From the NCBI RefSeq assembly GCF_009914755.1, contig NC_060946.1: a stretch of DNA of 64,000 nucleotides, one strand, 5' to 3'. Shown in pieces: positions 57,345 to 64,000 of this stretch. The position numbers and the translations under genes were made by a program. The notes beneath the pieces were generated by a model that did no database searches, was not told the origin of the DNA, and worked only from the letters and a program-made list of their open reading frames with translations. Within the stretch, counting starts at the first letter, position 1, and each line of letters starts with the position of its first letter. This DNA comes from the human T2T-CHM13v2.0 reference genome, Homo sapiens.

Positions 57345-59415
57345 TAAGCAGGCGGACAAGCCAGCAACCTCACCCACTCAAGGAAACCCAGATGGCCAGG
57401 TTCCAATAGCATGAGTAGCTGCCACCTGATGGCTGATGGAGCAGAGTCCTGAGGAAAAGCAGATGGCACTGGGGCCCTAACTCTAGGGCAGAAGAACTGA
57501 TGTACTGTGACTGGCAGCATGTGAGGTTGGTGATTGGCCCACCTGTTCCTGGCACACCCTTGCAGAGGTGGCTGGTTGCTCTTTGAGCCAGCTTGGCCTT
57601 GCCTGGCATGCACAAGCCTTGGTGCAACAACCGTGCTACAAATGGAGCCATATATAGGAAAGGAGTAGGAGGCTCAGGAGCAGGGTGTGCACTGCCTTTG
57701 GGGCTCCAGTGCATGCCTCAGGGCTCCTATGGCACTGCAGGCTTCTTTGTTGCCAAGAGGCAGACCACAGGACGTCTTGAGGAAGACTTTATGTACAAGT
57801 GCAGAAAGCAGCCAGGATTACCACCCAGGGGACTCGGCCTTCTGTGGCCCTGGCCTGACAGAATTTGGCCCAAGGCAGGACAAGGTCACTCAGAGCAGTG
57901 TGTCAGTAGGTGGGGCCTGTGCATGCGAGGCAAGGCCAAGCTGGCTCAAAGAGCAAGCAGCCACCTCTGCAAGGGTGTGCCTGGAGCAGGTGGAACAGCC
58001 ACCAACCTCACCCACTGAAAGAAGCCAGGATGGCCAGGTTTCCACAGCCTGAGTGGCTGCCTCCTGATGGCTGATGGAGCAGAGGCCTGAGGAAAAGCAG
58101 GTGGCATATTTAACTCTTTAATCCATCTTAAGTTAATTTTTATATAAAGCAGATGGCACCAGTCCATGCCTCAGGGCTCATATGGCACTGTGGGCCACAG
58201 AAGGGTGAGTCCCCAGGGTGGTAATCCTGCCTGCTTTCTGCACTTGAACATAAAGTCCTCCTCAAGATGGCCTGTGGTCTGCCTCTTGGCCCCACCTTTA
58301 GGGTAGAAGAACTGATGTACCACGTCTGGCAGTGAGTGAGGTTGGCAGCTGGTCCATCTGCTCCTGGCACACCCCTGCAGAGGTGGCTGCTTGCTCTTTG
58401 AGCCAGCTTGGCCTTGCCTGGCATGCACAAGCCTCGCTGCAACAAGTGTGCTACAAATGGAGCCATATAGAGGAAATGATCAGCAGGCTCAGGAACGGGG
58501 CGTGCACTGCCTTTGTGGCTCCAGTCCATGCCTCAGGGCTCGTATGGCACTGTAGGTTTCTTGGTCGCCAACAGACAGACCACAGGCTTTCTTGAGGAGG
58601 ACTTTATGTTCAAGTGCAGAAAGCAGCCAAGATTAGCACCCAGGGGACTGGGCCTTCTGTGGCCCTGGCCAGACTTAGAATTTGACCCAAGGCAGGACAA
58701 GCTGACTCGGAGCAGAGTGTCAGTACCTGGGGCCTATGCATGCCAGACAAGGCCAAGCTGGCTCAGAGCAACTAGCCACATCTGCAAGGCTGCACCTGTA
58801 GCAGGCAGACAAGCCAGCAACCTCAGCTACTCAAGGAAGGAGGGATGGCCAGGTTCCCACAGCCTGAGTGGTTGCCGCCTGATGACTGATAGAGCAGAGG
58901 CCTGAGGAAAAGCATATGGCACTGGGGCCCTACCTCTAGGGTAGAAGAACTGATGTAAGCTGACCGGCAGCAAGTGAGGTTGGTGGCCAGTCCACCAGCT
59001 CCTGGCACAACCTTGCAGAGGTGGCCAGTTGCTTTTTGAGCCAGCTTGGCCTTGCCCTTCATGCACAAGTCTGTGCAACAACTGTGACACAAATGGAGCC
59101 ACACAGAGAAAATGAGCAGCAAGCTCAGGAGCAGGGTGTGTGCTTCCTCAGGGGCTCCAGTCCATGCCTAAGTGTTCATATGGCACTGTGGGCTTCTTGG
59201 TTGCAAAGAGGTAGACCACAGGCCATCTTCAGGAGGTCTTTATGTGGAAGTGAAGAAAGCAGCCAGGATTACCACCCGTGGGACTCGGCCTTTTTTGGCC
59301 CTGGCCTGAAAGAATTTGGCCCAAGGCAGGACAAGCTCACTCGGAGCAACATGTCGGAACCTGGGGCCTGTGCATGCCAGGCAAGGCCAAGCTGGCTTAA
59401 AGAGCACCCAGAGCA
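57345..59415. repeat. About three tandem copies of a ~640-bp unit, each with ~100-bp inverted arms around an SNX18 PX-domain fragment
   Basis: Left arms start at 57521, 58336 and 58974. Right arms at 57914-58011, 58731-58825 and 59364-59406 (truncated). The loops encode KRQTTGRLEEDFMYKCRK-like peptides. Confidence 0.85.
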
Positions 59416-59419
59416 TCCA

Positions 59420-60570
59420 TTCTGGTGGATAAGCCAACCACATGGCCAGCTTCTGGGTGTGGACACAGTGCCACATCTTCCATCACTTTCTGACGTATCC
59501 CACCAACACTGAAGAGACAGCCTGGAGAGAGTGCAAGAGGAAGGCTGAGAAGGATCAGATAGTGGGTGCTGGCTTCTTTCTGACCCTCAGCACACCCCCA
59601 GGTGGTGACCATCAACCTTTAGGGGTGGGAGAGCAAGACTGATGGCTTCAAATGCTTCCCCAAGAAGATGGACACAGGCCACTCAGCTCATCCTCACTGC
59701 CAATGAGTTGACAAGCAAGCAGATGACAGTGACAGGCTTTCAGAAAGAGCATCAGAAGGTGGCCAGTTTTTCTTCAGCCTCAGCCAGGCCTTAGAACTTG
59801 ACTAGGCCATCCACTTCACCAGAGATGCCTTCAAGAACATCAGTAAGCTCTTTGCCAATGAGTCCAGGAAGGACCTGGACCCAGCCATGGACCTGTTAGT
59901 GCTGTCTCAGGGACACCAGACCAACATTCTGGACATCATCTTCATACACAAGGAAGCTCTTACCAAAGTCACAGAGAACAGGCAACATGTGGCAGAAGGG
60001 AAGACAGAGGTGCAGAGGCTGATGGCATCATTATCACAGGAACAGGATTTCTTTGGCCACTTTGGCTGAAATTCACCACTTCCATCCAATTCACTCAAGC
60101 GAGAGACTTGAAATCACAGATGGACCATTTCTTGCAACAAGAGATACTATTTTTTCAAAAAGTCACCTAAAATTTGATAGTGTTGAATGACTAGCTATTC
60201 TATTGTGGACTTTTTCCACTTCACGGGTACTTTCTACAGCAGAATGATAACAGTATCAAAGAGCTAGTGCCAGCTATCGGTGGTAGTACAAGGATGACTT
60301 TGTGCTCAACTGAAACCCAGCTGAATATAGAACTGTCTAGGAAAGTGTTAATATGGTGATAGAATAGAAACAGTAACAAATGAACTAAATCATACTATGA
60401 ATGCCTACACTACCATTATAACTTTTTGAAGAATGATAATACCACTTACTTTATTGCTTTTTGAAGTAGGAATATTTTAGTGGATATGCTATAGACCTGA
60501 AACCCTATAAAGAATCCCAAAGAAGCTGGCTGGATAAAGCCTGCTATGGATGTCTTTATACTCAAAGACT
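59420..60570 (+). pseudogene. SNX18: Processed sorting nexin 18 pseudogene (PX end, BAR domain, probable 3' UTR)
   Basis: [39 protein letters not shown] and DLDPAMDLLVLSQGHQTNILDIIFIHKEALTKVTENRQHVAEGKTEVQ match SNX18. No intron at the recalled KG|ALTK junction. Frameshifted; coding end ~60190. Symbol is the parent gene. Confidence 0.9.
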
Positions 60571-61715
60571 GATGAGGCAATTCGAATATGTGTCCCCACC
60601 AAATCTCATGTTGAGTTATGCTTCCTAATGTTGGAGGTGGATCCTGTTATAAGGTGATTGAATCATGAAGGCAAATTTCTCATGAGTGGTTCAGCACTAT
60701 CCCCTTGGTACTGTCCTCACAATCATGAGTGAATTCTCGTGAGATCTGGCCACTGAAAACTCTATATCACTCCCTACTCTCCGTGATTTCCTCTTGCCAT
60801 ATGAGACAATTCACTCTTTCATTACCTTGCACAATGATTGAAAGATTTCTGAGGCCCCCCAGAAGCAGAAGCACTAAGCTTCTTGTCCACTCTGCAGAAC
60901 CATGAGCCAATTAAACCTCTTTTTCGAAATAAATCTTACCAAAAATGGCAAATGAGGACTGGAGCATTGCTATAAAGATACCTGAAAATGTGGAAGCAAC
61001 TTCGGAACTGGGTAATGGGTAGAGGTTGGAAGAGTTTGGAGGGCTCCAAAGAAGACAGACAGATGAGAACATTTTTGGACCATCTTAGAGACTGGTTAAA
61101 TGGCTGTGACAAGGATGCTGACAAAAACAAGGACAGTGAAGGCCAGGCTGAGGGGGCCTCAGATAAAAATAAGAAGGTTTCTGGAAAATGTCTCCCTTTT
61201 GGATATGGAAAGCTTACACAATGCCTGTACCATCATTGTACCTTAGACGCAGTGAACTTGCTTTTTATTTCAGAGACTCGTAGGCAAAAGAGAATGTAGC
61301 CTTGACCCAGATGAGACTTTGCACTTTGTAACTTTGAGTTAATGCTGAAATGAGTTAAGACTTTGGGAGACTGCTGGCAAGGCATGACTGTATTTTGAAA
61401 TGTGAGAAGGACATGAGATTTGTGGGGTCAGGGACAGAATAATACGGTTTTTCTCTATGCCCCTTCCAAAGCTCATGTGAAAGTACACTCCCTAATGTTA
61501 GAGTCGGGGCCTAGGTGGAAAAATCTTTAATCATAAAGGGGTGGGAGTGGATCCTTCACAAATGGCAAAGCACTAAGCCCTTAATGCCATCCTCCTGATA
61601 GTGAGTGAGTTCTCATGAGATCTAGTAGTTTAAAAGGCTGTGGAACCTCTTTCCTCTCTCTGTCTTGTTCCAACTTTTGCCATATGAAACATGTCATTGC
61701 CGCTTGGATTTCCGG
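60570..61715 (+). mobile_element. MST-family MaLR element: 5' LTR ~60570-60935, deleted internal region, partial 3' LTR ~61440-61715
   Basis: gtgtccccaccaaatctcatgttga...gaaccatgagccaattaaacctc (LTR); ctgaaaatgtggaagcaac...gaagagtttggagggctc (internal); gagttaatgctgaaatgagttaagactttggg (internal 3' end). Confidence 0.85.
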
Positions 61716-61724
61716 CGTGGTTAG

Positions 61725-62490
61725 GAGGGGCTTGATCAGTGTGGGCCTGGTCAGTGGACCTAGGTCTGTGAGGACTATTTAGTGGGATTGTGGTCAGCAG
61801 GGGTCTGCTTAGAGAGGGTCTCATTAGTGGGGTCTAGTAGTGGGGGTTTTGGTGAGTGGGGACCTATTGGCTGCCAGTTGTTTGGTGTCTGGTCAGTGCA
61901 AACCTGGGCTGTGGGGCTTGATCAGTGGAGACCTGGTCAGCTGGGGCTTAGTGCTGGCCTGGTCAGCATGGGCTGGGGCACTGGTGACCAGGTCAAGGGG
62001 TGCTATTCAGTGGAGGACTGGGCACATGGGACCTAGTCAGCAGACCCTGGTGGGCGTGTCCTCATCAGTGAGGCCCTTGTCAGTGGGGCCCTGGTCAGGG
62101 CAGCCTTGTCAGTGGGACCTAATCTGTAGTGTCCTGGTCAGAGAGGACTTGGTCAGTGGTGACTTTTGTAGCACTGGTCTACAGGGTGACCTGGTCAGCG
62201 GGGATCTCAGCATTTGGTGCCAGTTCAGTGGGGTCTACTCACTAGGGTCCCAGTCAGGGGCATCTGGTGACCTTAGGCCTGGTTATTAGGGGCCTGATCA
62301 GTGGCAACCTGTTCCCTGGAGGCCTGGTCAGTGGGGCCTCATCTTTGGGGCCAGGGAATGAGGTCATGATCAGTGGAACCTGATCAGTGAGGCCTTGTCA
62401 ATAATGATGTGTGGGGTCCGGTCAGCAGGGAGGGTGTCATCAGGGAGGACCTGATGTGTGGGGTCTGGTCAGCAGGGACCTGGTCAATGT
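61725..62490. repeat. Degenerate short-period GC-rich tandem repeat, core CCTGGTCAGTGGGG
   Basis: Recurring (c)ctggtcag(t/c)ggg motifs every ~16-19 bp. Confidence 0.75.
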
Positions 62491-62837
62491 GGGCTGCTGA
62501 GCACTGCTTGGATAAGCCAGGTGCAATGTGCATTATTGAAGGCCCTGTGGACAGCTGGGATAGCCCAGTGATGCCCAAGGGCCTAGTCAAAAGTGGACAA
62601 AGCACGTGTTTCGATGGACCTGGGAGATCCTGTTCAGAGATTCTGACAGGACAAAGGTAAAGGAAGAGCCAGAGTGGCTGCAGAGATGGTCACAGTCTAT
62701 GGGCTGCACAGGATGAAGGAGGCCAGGGAGCAGGCAGGGTGGGCAGTTGGGGTTCAGGGAGAGGCAGGTGCATGCTGGGAGGTCAGACCCTGTGAGGGCT
62801 TTGGGGGTGTCAGGTTGGGTAGGCTCCAGGCACTCTC

Positions 62838-64000
62838 ACTCACATAGGATTCCAGAACACTGCTAAAAGGCTCTGAGTGTTTGTCCCTCACATAGGATTC
62901 CAGAACACTGATGCTATTGTCTGAATGTTTGTCCCCCACATAGGATTCCAGAAGCTTGCTGCTGGGGTCTGAATGTTTGTCCCCCATCTAGGATTCCAGA
63001 ACACTGCTGCGAGGGTCTGAATGTCTGTCCCTCACATATGATTCTAGAACATTGATGCTAGGGTCTGTATGTTTGCCCTTAACATATGATTTCAAAACAC
63101 TGCTCCTGGATTCTGAATGTTTGTCCTTCACATAGGAATACAGAACACTGCTGCTGGAGTCTGGAAGTTTGTCACTCACATAGAATTCCAGAACACTGCT
63201 GTGAGGATCTGAATGTTTGACCCTTACATGGGATTCCAGAACACTGCTGCGAGGGTCTAAATGTCTGTCCCTCACATAGGTTTCCAGCACAATGTTACGA
63301 GGTTCTGAATGTTTGTCCCTAACATAGGATTTCGGAGCACTCCTGCTGTGCTCTGAATGCTTCTCCCTCACATAGGATTCCAGAACACTGCTACGAGGGT
63401 CTGAATGCTTATCCCTCATATAGGATTCCAGAACACTCCTGCTGTGGTCTGAATGTTTGTTCCTCACATAGGATTCCAGAATACTCCTGCCGTGGTCTGA
63501 ATGTTTGTCCCTCACATAGGATTCCAGAATACTCCTGCCGTGGTCTGAATGTTTGTCCCTCACATAGGATTCCAGAACATTCATGCTGGGGTCTCAATGT
63601 TTCCCTTAACATAGGATTTCAGAACACTGCTCTTGGGGTCTGAATGTTTGCCCCTCACATAGGATTACAGAACACTGCTGCTGGAGTCTGAATGTTTGTC
63701 AGTCACATAGAATTCCAGAACACTGCTACAAGGGTGTCAATATTTCTCCCTCACCTAGTATTCCAGAACACTGTTGCAAGGGTCTGAATGTTGGTCCGTC
63801 ATATAGGATTCCAGAACACTGCTGCTGTGGTCTGAATGTTTGTCCCTCACATAGAATTCCGGAACACTGCTACAAGGGTCTGAATGTTTGTCCTTCACAT
63901 ACCATTCCAGAACACTGCTGCCGTGGTCTGAATGTATGTCCCTCACATAGGATTCCAGAACACTGCTACTAGGTTCTGAATGTTTTTCCCACACCTAGGA
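62838..64000. repeat. CER (48-bp centromeric/pericentromeric) satellite
   Basis: 48-bp unit CACATAGGATTCCAGAACACTGCTGCTGGGGTCTGAATGTTTGTCCCT, about 24 copies, running off the right edge. Confidence 0.93.

Noticed and set aside
57521-58011. True MITE or DNA transposon
   Set aside because: Copies are tandem with shared flanking spacer rather than dispersed, and I see no TSD or known TIR end. Treated as a foldback duplication.
62988-63994. Repetitive 16-aa-period protein (VLESYVRDKHSD...)
   Set aside because: An artefact of the 48-bp CER unit being a multiple of three.

Overview
This is primate (human-like) non-coding DNA, not prokaryotic. It is a pericentromeric or acrocentric-type segmental-duplication mosaic with no intact protein-coding gene. 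Left to right: a degenerate ~18-bp CCCCAGGTGGACATCAGG array (1-3060); a GC-rich ~190-205-bp gamma-satellite-like array (3060-9655); a fossil chromosome end (subtelomeric 29-bp and 37-bp repeats, TAR1, ~310 bp of degenerate TTAGGG) fused to an antisense L1; a SATR-type satellite with an internal strand switch; a partial unprocessed ASNS pseudogene (+); a GC-rich block carrying a six-exon TEKT4 pseudogene (-); a SOWAHC pseudogene (-); a CpG island with an orphan ANKRD20A-family exon 1 (+); a foldback/tandem array built around an SNX18 PX-domain fragment, running into a processed SNX18 pseudogene (+); an MST (MaLR) element; a second short GC-rich repeat; and the start of a 48-bp CER satellite array. 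Gene and repeat names come from recalled sequences, not a database search, and the specific paralogous copy or chromosome cannot be fixed from this window. I found no new gene system. The best leads are the SNX18-derived inverted-repeat array, the internalised telomere with TERRA-promoter-type repeats, and a TEKT4 pseudogene that seems to keep an ancestral N-terminus and RFX-type promoter motifs.
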